Program-made: the position numbers and the translations under genes | From: Euglena gracilis | Taxonomy: Eukaryota | Direction: 5' to 3' | Length of the DNA: 64,000 nt | Assembly: GCA_039621445.1 (NCBI GenBank) | Contig: CP154954.1 | Span: 21,960,954 to 22,024,953, forward strand | Notes under the pieces: model-generated | Told to the model about the DNA's origin: nothing | The model's input: the letters and a program-made list of their open reading frames with translations, nothing else | Database searches by the model: none | Shown here: positions 20,582-33,600 of the stretch, one piece after another | How positions within the stretch are numbered: position 1 is the first letter of the stretch | Layout: each line of letters begins with the position of its first letter

Positions 20582-22740
20582 ATCTCGGTGTTCGCTTTGT
20601 GGATCGAGTGATCACCACTCATCCAAATGTCTGCGTTCTCGTTCTCCCCACCCTAGCCTACGTCATCGCGGTATGAATCGCGGTGACAAGGGTCAATCCT
20701 CCAACCGCCATAAAGTCGGTTTCAAGATGTCTTGTTTGGAGGATGACATCCCGGCTTCAGGCAGGGAGGGGGATGAGACACGGATACCGATTTCAACGAG
20801 TCCTGCACGGCGGTGCACACGTTGAAATCCGTTTATACGTCTAAAAGGCCCATAGCCGGCTATTCGGCCGGTTCGGACCTGGAGTATGGGAGCCCGAGGT
20901 CCGAGGGCACGGACCTGTGTGCTGATGAACAGATGGAGGTAGGGCCTGATCAACCCTGCCCCCCCTGCCCATCTGCCTTCCTGGTCGGTACCTGGAACAT
21001 TTCTTGGGTCCCCCACCCCCCACTCCAACTTTCCGCTCGGAATGTTGTGGAAAGTAGAAAAGGGTTCATGGGAAAGCTGGCAAGAAAACGTATTTTCGCC
21101 AGACACTTCACTTTGCCTACCCCCCACGGAAATTTTGGTCCAAGTGGAAATCAAAATCGAAAATTTTTGTGCAAACGTCAAAATTCTCATTGAGACTGGT
21201 TGTCGCATAGCACTACTTTTTCGGTTCGGGTTGATGCCAACACCCCTTCTTGGTGCAAGCCAAGAAGCCGATCAAAATTACGACGGCTGACAACACCCCC
21301 ATGTGCGGTGGTGACTTGGCATGCTTTTTGGACATAGTCCTGCCCCTCATCACCAAGCACCATTCACCCCCCCCAACCGCAAAATTTTCCGGATACCTGG
21401 GGATATGAATCCGGAATCCATGGTTCTGACGTAATTCTGGGATACCCTTTTTTACGTCAGCACCGGCTGGTAGTGGATTTCCACTCCCACGGTTTGCGCA
21501 CATCACCATTCTCTACATTGCCCCCAAACCCTCATCACATGTGGCGTCAACCGCGACAGCCACCAATTTTTCCACACCGTTTTCAAAAAAATTCACCCCG
21601 TTACCAACCACACCAACCAACGTTTTCCACACCGGGTGTACCGAGAAAGTTCACCCCCTGCCCATTGACACACCAAGTTCCGTTCCCCATCAGGCAAGGC
21701 AAGCGAGTAGCGGTCCCCCCCTCGTTCTATTGGGTTACAAGACGAAAGCCCAAAGGCCTGATGTACGTACGGTGTCGAGTAGTCGCCCAGCTGCACCAAT
21801 ACCCCGTTTTCCACCAGATTAATTTCTTTAAGATACATCTGTACACCCCCCAGCAGCTACAAAAGCGCACCCCAACTTTTACACACACCCCCACCAGACC
21901 AACATACGCGACCAGGACCACTACTCCGACACTTCCCACCAATGTGTGCACTGTAGGAGAATTTCGGCCCAGCCAGATTTCGATTGTGGATATTTAGTCC
22001 AAACACCAACACTAATCCCGGTTTCGCGTAACCATCCACTTGGTTGCGGTTCGCAATGTGCGACCGTACATCAAGTGCTTCAACAACGACGTATTGCCTT
22101 GTTGTTTGGAACCGCGAAATCCGTGTCACACACCTCCCCCACCTCCATCTGGCAGGATATGGACTGGGTATGCACCCATCCAACCCACCAATCCTCGGAA
22201 ATGACCCTTGGGAGTGTGGATGACACACCCTTGGCCTATGTTTGCGGATCCCTGAATTGCGTTACCGCTCTTCAACCCGCGAACCAGGTCGACACCTACA
22301 CAATGCGCGTATGGAATGCATTTAATTTTGGTCAATATCGTATTTTGGAGGAATGGTTCTCAAAATCGCGGTTTTGGCTGATTCCTTCTATTTGTCGTTG
22401 GAAGTTGATGCATTTTCATCAAAAGCACATGTGCGCTGGTCGCGATATTGGTCGCGACATTCCAACGCGTTTCTAAAATTTTGGGGTGATACGGTGCTAT
22501 GGATGCATCCTCCCCCAAAACTTATCCCGGATGTGGTGGAGAAAATCCGCCGCGATGAAGCGCGAGGAGCTCTCCTCATACCCGTCAATCCGAATGCGGA
22601 TTGATTTCACCAACTATCCTCTGTGTGTTTTCGTTGGTGGGGTTTACCCGCTGACGTACCACTGTTCGAGGATTTTTGTGGTATATTATTACCACCCTCT
22701 AAGGAAATCATTTTCCGCGTTTGTTTCTTTGACGCATTCA
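20582..22740 (+). pseudogene. Family A gag end, protease, Cys-rich linker and MTase, decayed second copy
   Basis: 20582-21292 duplicates 12410-13518. Then [54 protein letters not shown]. Confidence 0.88.
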
Positions 22741-23733
22741 GAATATCCGATTTGCGTGTGCCAAGATACCTTGGTACCGATGGGGATATGTTGCAGACGA
22801 GGAATCTCGTGCATGCAACTGTTGTTGCAAATGCAACAACGCGGATGAACAGGACTCCGTTTGTCCCGATAACTGTCGTAGTGAGTCACGCAGGTGCAGA
22901 AACTTGGAGTCATTCCGCGTTTCCACTTCGTGCATGCATTCACTAATTTGCCGGAAGTTTTGCGGGAGGTGTTGGCGCATTTTGTCAAAGGTTTCCTGAA
23001 AGTTTGCAAGGTCAATACCCGCACTTTCGAAATTCCTTCGGCAATATTTGGCAACTTCCTGCAAGTAATTCCAGCTGTATTCCAGCTTGGTGAACACATG
23101 CTTTTGGTTGTCCTCATCAATCTGAAGCACTTTGTTCAGTGCGGTTGCACAATCTGCAACGCATTGTTGCACATGGTTGAACTGCCTCACGAGGGGGTGA
23201 TCCCCTGGAAGCCGAGCAACAATATCCTGCACATCCTCAGCAGTGTGGAGCTCCACCGTGCCCTTCCCATAGCCATCCATGGGTTGGGACGCACCGGAGA
23301 CTTCCGGAACCACTAGGCGAGTCCCCGGCTGCCAAGAAGGTGCGGGATCGCCTCCAAGATTGGGTGGTGGTGGCAAACCTCTGTAAGGGCTTGCCGGTGG
23401 AAGAGCGGGTGGTGGTTGAAAGAAACACGGGGTTTTTAGCCCACCATCACCAGAGAAGTCCGGTGGCGAAATCCCCACGGGTCTCTCCGGTGTGCGCAAC
23501 TGCACCATTGCCGCAGACAGAGGCGAATACCCTTGTTGCGGCAAGGTGAGTGTGGAAGCGGCCGCATCAGCCTCTAAAGCCAGTGATGTGGAGGGCTCAT
23601 CGCCGACCACTGTCAATGATGACAAGAGCTGCAATTTTGACAATTGAACCAATTGTGCCTCATCGGCGTGGGAACTGGAAGCACTTTCACATAAAAGCTT
23701 CCAATCCCCTGTTTCTTGGTCAATGTCTTGCAA
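22738..23733 (-). pseudogene. Family A 5' ORF (N-terminal part of the coiled-coil extension)
   Basis: KTPCFFQPPP, DHPLVRQF..QCVADCATALNKVL, LPQNFRQISE; homologous to 53080-53860; lies just 3' of an LTR and PBS. Confidence 0.8.
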
Positions 23734-24003
23734 TGATGCCTGTAATAAGGCCTAGTTGAATTGATGGTTGGGGCCTGTGCTTTGCATCTTTCTGATTACA
23801 AAAGCAGCAAAAACCCACAAAACTAACCAGTTGTGCTGGCACCAGAGGGGCTGTAACGGGTAATACCGTACAGAGCCTTCCGGAGCCTGCTCGTCTGCTT
23901 AGACGTTGACTAGAAGCCGGGAGCTGACGCTGCGACCGTGTAATAACGGTGCAGGGGCCACCCGCTGCCAGTCAGCGTATGATCGAACCAATCTGCTACC
24001 AAG

Positions 24004-24381
24004 TGTAATACCTGGTAGCCTTTCTTTCTGTGAAGTATGTGTAGGATCGTAACCACATCTGCTACAAAGTGCACGTCTGATTCCCAATTACCCTTTTCAA
24101 ATTCCCAACAAGCATTCGCTTTCGCCTTGGCGCCCCTGCTTGGGAACTGAAAAGCAGAGTAACAGAAAACCCCTTTTCCCAACTTCCCAAGAAGCAAAGC
24201 ACGGAGCAATGCAGGGAGGACGGACTGGATATCCAAAACCGGTCCCGAGAAAAGGAAAGACAAACAGAATAAAGAATACCACCTGTGGAGAGAGAAGGGG
24301 CACCAATTAGGAGATCCTAATAGCATCTGCTTCCATCCTAACTTCCTCAACGGAAGTGGACAGAAGCATACGCCTGGTACA
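24004..24381 (-). repeat. Family A-type 5' LTR with PBS at 23992-24001
   Basis: Starts TGTACCAGGC (same 10 nt as 56141), ends TTACA, then ct and TGGTAGCAGA. Confidence 0.8.
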
Positions 24382-24663
24382 CAACAAGGCCGGCTGATTT
24401 GGGGAGGGGCCGGTCCGGTGGGCTCCCTTGGGTCTTTCTGGTGCGTGGCGGGGCCTTCGGCTCGTCTCCTTTGCCCTCTGCCTGGCTTCCTTCGGCTGGC
24501 GGGAGGGAGGGGCGTGCCTCCCCCTCCCTTGTTCCTGCTCGGTTCTCTTGTGGCGCTCTAGGGGGGGGGTTCCCGGGGGTGAGGGGCCCTCGCTCGGTTG
24601 CCTGTGGGGCCCCTTGGGGGGGGGGTCCTGGCTCAGTGGCCCTCGGGGTCTCTTGGTGGCCCT

Positions 24664-27600
24664 TGTCGGCTGCCGCTGGCGTCGGCAGCCAAAAATTCGC
24701 ACAAAACTCCCTAAAACCCCCAGTAAGAACCATCAAAGTAAGTTAACCGCCACGCGAGAGGATTTGGAACCACAGCACATTCCAGCAAGAATTTGAGAAC
24801 TCGATTTGAGAATCACAAAAGCAGAAAAGTCAATTGAGAATTGAAGGATCAAAAAGGACAATTCAATTATCCAAAGAAGCCAAGGCATCCCTTTCCACAT
24901 TTTTGTTTCCTTGCCACAACAACTCACCTGAACTCAAAGGTACTCACCTACCCTCGCCAGCAGGTTTGTTGTGCTCTGCTATGTGCTTCCAAGTAGGAGG
25001 GTTGGTTTTTTCTTTGCTCACCTTTTGATCCAAATGTTTGAAAAGGCAAAACAGTGGAGGCTAAAAACGATCCTACGCGGGGAGACAGGGGTACCTGGGT
25101 CGGGGGGGCTCACCCCACCCCCATTACCGCCTGTTGATTTGTTTAAAAGGGGGGCCCAACTTGCCAAAGGCCCTGGCCTGAGCCCACCAGGGCCAGAAAA
25201 AGGCATTTGTGGCCCCAGCTAAATCAGCCCCCAAGGGCGAGGAGGGTCCTCCGTCCCCCCCAACATGGTACGCAGAGGTTGCTTTACTGACTCTGTCAGT
25301 GAAGAATTTTTACTTTCGGTTGATGACAAATCAGAACCCCCCAACATGGTTAGCAGAATCTGTTCCAATCTTGAAGGCGGTTCTTCAACTCTGAATGGTG
25401 AAACGGAAACAGATGAAATTCCTACTATTTTTGAGGATTCTGACAGTGAAAATTTTGAGGAAGGGTTCAACCAGCGTGCCCAGTCATCTTGAGGGACTTC
25501 CTCTGACTGTTTGGCGTCAGAGGATTGAATTAGTAGTTGCACAAATTGACAGAACTGTCCGAGGTTGGTGTTTTGACATTGACACCCGTTTTGAGAAATA
25601 TTACGTGTCCCTGTTTGAGAGAGACAAGGCTCTGACAAAGAAGCTGGTTGACGTGCAATGATTATTAAGTGTGGCAAAAGAAGAAATAGGACGAATGGCG
25701 GAACAAATAAAATTGTTGGAACTGCAAATCGCTGAAAAGCTGCAGCTCAATGAAACAAAGTTGCCAAGTCCAAAACAATTTTGTGTCTGTGATTCAAAAT
25801 TCTGGACATGTCACGAATTTGCAAACATCATCAGTGTCTTCTGAGAAAACTTCCTCAGATTTTGCTGCACAGCCAAGAATATTCAGACAAACGAAAAAAT
25901 TCTGGAGGCCTGCCAAAAACAGCTGGAACGACTTTCAATTTTTGAGACCAAATTGGTTTCAAGATTGGTGGGGTTGGGACTGGCATTTAAATCCCTGGAA
26001 CAGCTGGGGGTGGTTTCCACCGTATCAGTGGTGGTGGTGTTTTTTTTTCAGAACACGTCTGACCACTGACTGGCACAGCACAGCACTTTACAGTGTCGAG
26101 CATGTTTCTGTGGGTTGTTTTGTTATTGTATTTTGATAAGTTTTTCACGGTGCGCTAGCGTTGGAGGCAGATGTGCAATCAGGTCGGAAACAAAATTTGA
26201 ACTTTCAGTATTCACTGTTTGGCTTATGGAAAAACAGCCAAGTCAAACATTTTTTGAATCTGGTTTCTGGGGTGCACGTTTTTTCCCCAGTTGCTTTCCC
26301 CTTAAATGGAGACGCCCAGCCACGATGCTTGGCATTTTTCTCGTAGTGTTCAGGCAGCCAGATCAATGATTTTCAGCTTCAGAGTTTTCAGTATTCGGTT
26401 GTGCCAAATGTCATTGGGGGTGGGGCACGGCATTGACATGTGTCATCATCCCAGACGGGGACAAATCAGACATCTCAGGTTGGATTTTTGTTTGTGTTTT
26501 TGCTGGTCCTTTTTGTCATGGGACAGTTTTTCCAGAGAGAAACTTTTTCCCCGGACAGGGACATATGTTGGAGGATCGGCACAGTTTTTTTGGGATTTTT
26601 CAGTCCACTTTCATTGTGGTTTTCGAGTGTGGCAGCCCAGCTGTGGCAGGTTTTATCTGGGCTTTTGACAAATCCTGACGTGGGGGGGAGACCGCCAAGG
26701 GACACTCGTGACCAAACAGTTTTTGGGAAAGCGCGCAAAGAGGGGTTCCGAGGGTAGGGCCCGACCCAGGCAAGGAATAAACACCCCTGTGGCCACCCAT
26801 CTAAGGGCTCAGGAAACAGTTTTCAATTTACAGTGGGAACCAAGGTGGATTAACCCAGGAGGAAAAGAAACCCCTGAGGAAAATTCATTTTTTGGGCACA
26901 TCAGTGGCATCATCAGTGGCATTCAGTTTCGGTTTTTCAGTGAAAAATCTGCTGATCTGTGGGTTGCACTTTCTGCGGCATTTTTCTGGCTGTGGAGTTT
27001 GCTTGAGGGAAGAAAACTCAGAAGTGGGGGACGCCTCACAATGCAAAACTCCCAAATGCAATTTTTGCAGTTTGAGGCTTGCTTATACAGCTTACGTGTG
27101 ACCCATTTGATGGATCAAGATCAGATTATTAAGTGCCGTTTTTGTGCAGAATTCAGTGGCATTTTAACGTTCGGTTCTGTGAGAAATTTCAGAAATCTGC
27201 CTCAGTGGTGAATTTTGTGCGTGTGTGCATGCTTTGTCATGCAGGTTCAAGCAATCAATCAAACAGACAAGCACCGAAGAGAATCAACGCCAAAGATGTT
27301 GAGAATTTCAAGGCTGATGAGTTTTTCAACAAGTTCAAGTCTGTTGACTGGGACAATGATGATTACATTGACATTGAACTACATTGAGATCAAAAGCAGA
27401 CAAAGCATCAAGGAATTTGATTGAATTTATTGAATTCAAAAGTTGCAACAGTTTGCAAAGAATCGACTACAATGAACATTTGGAAGTCGAGTGGGAGAAC
27501 ATACTTCAATGATATCAATCATCAATGGGATCCAAGCAATTGAATGACATGATTACGATTGTCATGATCACAATTGTGGATTATTTGTGGAGTTGCAGAC

Positions 27601-30600
27601 AATGGTGGATTTTTTTCACTCAAGCACTGGCAGTGGAAGTTTAAGGCTGACCTAACCGAACCGGGGACTTTGGCCCAATGCACGGCCAATGCCCAGGCTC
27701 AATGATTGGTTGGCCACTCCCCATCGTGCCAGGAATGTTTCCTGAATTGTTGGAGTCAGGTCAAGGCTGTGTTGAGCAGTTTTTTTTGTGTTGGTGTGGT
27801 GGATCAAAATCAGTTTCGGCTTTACGGTTGGAGTTTTTTGACTCAGAATTGGATACCTTTGTGAGACGTTTGGGTGGGGACAGGAATGCATCATTTTTTG
27901 TGAACGTGACTGGTTTTGGTCACATCCCAGATTGTGACGGGGTTTGATGTTATATTGATTCGGTTTGGACTATTGGATGTTGGTCAAGTGCATTTTTCCA
28001 TGGAACACAGCTTGGAGGCATCCGAACTCGGGGGGGGGGGACCCTGGACCGGAGATGACCCATCCTCCGTCCAAAGGCCCTGGTGTGGGCCAATGAAATA
28101 AAAAAACCCAGCCACGTGGGTACTAAAGCCCTGTGACATAGTGGCTGAGGTCCAACGAGCAGCTCTGTTCTTTTGGCGTTCAAAAAAAATCCAGACATTT
28201 TCATTTGGGATGGATGACAAGGAAGTGAGCGTGCATAGACACAAAACACACAACCGCACAAGCACACGAACCCGCACACCCATTGTACACTATTCCATAT
28301 AACCGCTAACCCACTCACCTTTTCACGTTTGCTTACCGTTTGCCTGTTTCTCACCCAACTGTTCCTGTTCCAAATTGGAAAGGAATGCCAGGGTTTCTCT
28401 TTTTCTTTGCCCCCAAAATTCATTTTCTGAGGCACTGTTGGCCAAAGTCACTTATTTTTTTTAAAAAAATTGAAATTTAATGAAGTCTCACATACTGAAA
28501 GCTGCCAAAAAAAAGAAAGGATTTTCACCAAGGGGGCAGCTTCGGACTTAGGCCTTGGAGTAGAGTGCAAAGATTTTGTGTCCAAAAACACGTTCCCCAT
28601 GCAACTCGGAGGAAAGGGGTGGGGGGGCTTCCCCCGAGGACCTGATTTTTCAGAGTCCCCCAAGGTGCCCGATATTATGGCTGGGGAGGGGTCAGACTCG
28701 TAATACGAATTTCCAAAAAAAAAAGCGACAGAAACCGTTTAATACAAAAACGCAGAACTTTCGGCCCCCACAAAAGAAATCAATTTCACTCTCCCCGTTT
28801 TTGCCCGGGGGGGTGGGGGGGGGGCAGAAAAACGGTTCCGACTAACGTCGCAAGGGAGGGGGTGTCGGCTGCCGCTGGCGTCGGCAGCCAAAAATTTCCC
28901 CAAAGTTCCCAAAACCCCCAGTAAGAACCATCAAAGTAAGTTAACCGCCACGCGAGAGGATTTGGAACCACAACAAATTCCAGCAAGAATTTAAGAATTC
29001 GATTTGAGAATCACAAAAGCAGAAAAGTCAATTGAGAATTGAAGGATCAAAAAGGACAGTTCAATTATCCAAAGAAGCCAAGGCATCCCTTTCCACATTT
29101 TTGTTTCCTTGCCACAACACCTCAGCTGAACTCAAAGGTACTCACCTACCCTCGCCAGCAGGTTTGTTGTGCTCTGCTATGTGCGTCCAAGTAGGAGGGT
29201 TGGTTTTTTCTTTGCTCACCTTTTGATCCAAATGTTTGAAAAGGCAAAACAGTGGAGGCTAAAAACGACCCTACGCGGGGAGACAGGGGGACCTGGGTCG
29301 GGGGGGCTCACCTCACCCCCATTACCGCCTGTTGATTTGTTTAAAAGGGGGGCCCAACTTGCCAAAGGTCCTGGCCTGAGCCCACCAGGGCCAGAAAAAG
29401 GAATTTGTGGCCCCAGCTAAATCAGCCCCCAAGGGCGAGGAGGGTCCTCCGTCCCCCCCCAACATGGTACGCAGAGGTTGCTTTACTGACTCTGTCAGTG
29501 AATAATTTTTACTTTCGGTTGATGACAAATCAGAACCCCCTAACATGGTTAGCAGAATCTGTTCCAATCTTGAAGGAGGTTCTTCAACTCTGAATGGTGA
29601 AACGGAAACAGATGACATTCCTACTATTTTTGAGGATTCTGACAGTGAAAATGTTGAGGAAGGGTTCAACCAGCGTGCCCAGTCATCTTGAGGGACTTCC
29701 TGTGACTGTTTGGCGTCAGAGGATTGAATTAGTAGTTGCACAAATTGACAAAATTGTCCGACGTTGGTGTTTTGACATTGACACCCGTTTTGAGAAATAT
29801 TACGTGTCCCTGTTTGAGAGGGACAAGGCTCTGACAAAGCAGCTGGTTGACGTGCAATGTTTATTAAGTGTGGCAAAAGAAGAAATAGGACGAATGGCGG
29901 AACAAATAAAATTGTTGGAACTGCAAATCGCTGAAAAGCTGCAGCTCAATGAAACAAAGTTGCCAAATCCAAAAAAAATTTGTGTCTGTGATTCAAAATT
30001 CTGGACATGTCACGAATTTGCAAACATCATCAGTGTCTTCTGAGAAAACTTCCTCAGATTTTGCTCCACAGCCAATAATATTCAGACAAACGAACAAATT
30101 CTGGAGGCCTGCCAAAAACAGCTGGAACGACTTTCAATTTTTGAGACCAAATTGGTTTCAAGATTGGTGGAGTTGGGACTGGCATTTAAATCCCTGGAAC
30201 AGCTGGGGGTGGTTTCCACGGTATCAGTGGTGGTGGTGATTTTTTTTTCAGCACAGGTCTGACCACTGACTGGCACAGCACAGCACTTTACAGTGTCGAG
30301 CATGTTTCTGTGGGTTGTTTTGTTTTTGTATTTTGATAAGTTTTTTACGGTGCGCTAGCGTTGGAGGCAGATGTGCAATCAGGTCGGAAACAAAATCTGG
30401 ACTTTCAGTTTTCAGAGTTTGGCTTATGGAAAAACAGCCAAGTCAAACATTTTTTGAATCTGGTTTCTGGGGTGCACGTTTTTTACCCAGTTGCTTTCCC
30501 CTTAAATGGAGACGCCCAGCCACGATGCTTGGCATTTTTCTCGTAGTGTTCAGGCAGCCAGATCAATGATTTTCAGCTTCAGAGGTTTCAGTATTCGGTT

Positions 30601-33600
30601 GTGCCAAATGTGATTGGGGGTGGGGCACGGCATTGACATGTGTCACCATCCCAGACGGGGACAAATCAGACATCTCAGGTTGGATTTTTGTTTGTGTTTT
30701 TGCTGGTCCTTTTTGTCATGGGACAGTTTTTCCAGACAGAAACTTTTCCCCTGGACAGGGACATATGTTGGAGGATCGGCACAGTTTTTTGGGATTTTTC
30801 AGTCCACTTTCATTGTGGTTTTCGAGTGTGGCAGCCCGCCCAGCTGTGGCAGGTTTTATCTGGGTTTTTTCCAAATCCTGACGTGGGGTGGAGACCGCCA
30901 AGGGACCACTCGTGACCAAAAAGTTTTTGGGAAAGCGCGCAAAGAGGGGTTCTGAGGGTAGGGCCCGACCCAGGCAAGGAATAAACACCCCTGTGGCCAT
31001 CCATCTAAGGGCTCAGGAAACAGTTTTCAATTTACAGTGGGAACCAAGGTGGATTAACCCAGGAGGAAAAGAAACCCCTGAGGAAAATTGATTTTTTGGG
31101 CACATCAGTGGCATCATCAGTGGCATTCAGTTTCAGTTTTTCAGTAACAAATCTGCTGATCTGTGGGTTGCACTTTCTGCGGCATTTTTCTGGCTGTGGA
31201 GTTTGCTTGAGGGAAGAAAACTCAGACGTGGGGGACGCCTCACAATGCAAAACTCCCAAATGCAATTTTTGCAGTTTGAGACTTGCTTCTACAGCTTACG
31301 TGTGACCCATTTGATGGATCAAGATCAGATTATTAAGTGCCGTTTTTGTGCAGAATTCAGTGGCATTTTCACGTTCGGTTCTGTGAGAAATTTCAGAAAT
31401 CTGCCTCAGTGGTGAATTTTGTGCGTGTGTGCATGCTTTGTCATGCAGGTTCAAGCAATCAATCAAACAGACAAGCACCGAAGAGAATCAACGCCAAAGA
31501 TTTTGAGAATTTCAAGGCTGATGAGTTTTTCAACAAGTTCAAGTCTGTTGACTGGGAGAATGATGATTACATTGACATTGAACTACATTGAGATCAAAAG
31601 CAGACAAAGCATCAAGGAATTTGATTGAATTTATTGAATTCAAAAGTTGCAACAGTTTGCAAAGAATCGACTACAATGAACATTTGGAAGTCGAGTGGGA
31701 GAACATACTTCAATGATATCAATCATCAATGGGATCCAAGCAATTGAATGACATGATTACGATTGTCATGATGACAATTGTGGATTGTTTGTGGAGTTGC
31801 AGACAATGGTGGATTTTTTTCACTCAAGCACTGGCAGTAGAAGTTTAAGGCTGACGTAACCGAACCGGGGACCTTGGCCCAATGCACGGCCAATGCCCAG
31901 GCTCAATGATTGGTTGGCCACTCCCCATCGTGCCAGGAATGTTTCCTGAATTGTTGGAGTCAGGTCAAGGCTGTGTTGAGCAGTTTTTTTGTGTTGGTGT
32001 GGTGGATCAAAATCAGTTTCGGCTTTACGGTTGGAGTTTTTTGACTCAGAATTGGATTCCTTTGTGAGACGTTTGGGTGGGGACAGGAATGCATCATTTT
32101 TTGTGAACGTGACTGGTTTTGGTCACATCCCAGATTGTGACGGGGTTTGATGTTATGTTGATTCGGTTTGGACTATTGGATGTTGGTCAAGTGCATTTTT
32201 CCATGGAACACAGCTTGGAGGCATCCGAACTCGGGGGAGGAGGGACCCTGGACCGGAGATGACCCATCCTCCGTCCAAAGGCCCTGGTGTGGGCCAATGA
32301 AATAAAAAAACCCAGCCACGTGGGTACTAAAGCCCTGTGACATAGTAGCTGAGGTCCAACGTGCAGCTCTGTTCTTTTGGCGTTCAAAAAAAAATCCAGA
32401 CATTTTCATTTGGGATGGATGACAAGGAAGTGAGCGTGCATAGACACAAAACACACAACCGCACAAGCACACGAACCCGCACACCCATTGTACACTATTC
32501 CATATAACAGCTCACCCACTCACCTTTTCACGTTTGCTTACCGTTTGCCTGTTTCTCACCCAACTGTTCCTGTTCCAAATTGGAAAGGAATGCCAGGGTT
32601 TCTCTTTTTCTTTGCCCCCAAAATTCATTTTCTGAGGCACTGTTGGCCAAAGTCACTGATTTTTTTTAAAAAAAATCGAAATTTAATGAAGTCTCACATA
32701 CTGAAAGCTGCCAAAAAAAAGAAAGGATTTTCACCAAGGGGGCAGCTTCGGACTTAGGCCTTGGAGTAGAGTGCCAAGATTTTGTGTCCAAAAACCCGTT
32801 CCCCATGCAACTCGGAGGAAAGGGGTGGGGGGGATTCCCCCGAGGACCTGATTTTTCAGAGTCCCCCAAGGTGCCCGATATTATGGCTGGGGGGGGACAG
32901 ACTCGTAATACCAATTTCCAAAAAAAAAAGCGACAGAATAAGTTTAATACAAAACCGCAGAACTTTCGGCCCCCACAATAAAAATCAATTTCACGCTCCC
33001 CGTTTTTGCCCGGGGGGGTGGGGGGGGGGCAGAAAAACGGTTCCGACTAACGTCGCAAGGGAGGGGGTGTCGGCTGCCGCTGGCGTCGGCAGCCAAAAAT
33101 TTCCCCAAAGTTCCCAAAAACCCCCAGTAAGAACCATCAAAGTAAGTTAACCGCCACGCGAGAGGATTTGGAACCACAACAAATTCCAGCAAGAATTTAA
33201 GAATTCGATTTGAGAATAACAAAAGCAGAAAAGTCAATTGAGAATTGAAGGATCAAAAAGGAGAGTTCAATTATCCAAAGAAGCCAAGGCATCCCTTTCC
33301 ACATTTTTGTTTCCTTGCCACAACACCTCACCTGAACTCAAAGGTACTCACCTACCCTCGCCAGCAGGTTTGTTGTGCTCTGCTATGTGCTTCCAAGTAG
33401 GAGGGTTGGTTTTTTCTTTGCTCACCTTTTGATCCAAATGTTTGAAAAGGCAAAACAGTGGAGGCTAAAAACGATCCTACGCGGGGAGACAGGGGGACCT
33501 GGGTCGGGGGGGCTCACCTCACCCCCATTACCGCCTGTTGATTTGTTTAAAAGGGGGGCCCAACTTGCCAAAGGCCCTGGCCTGAGCCCACCAGGGCCAG

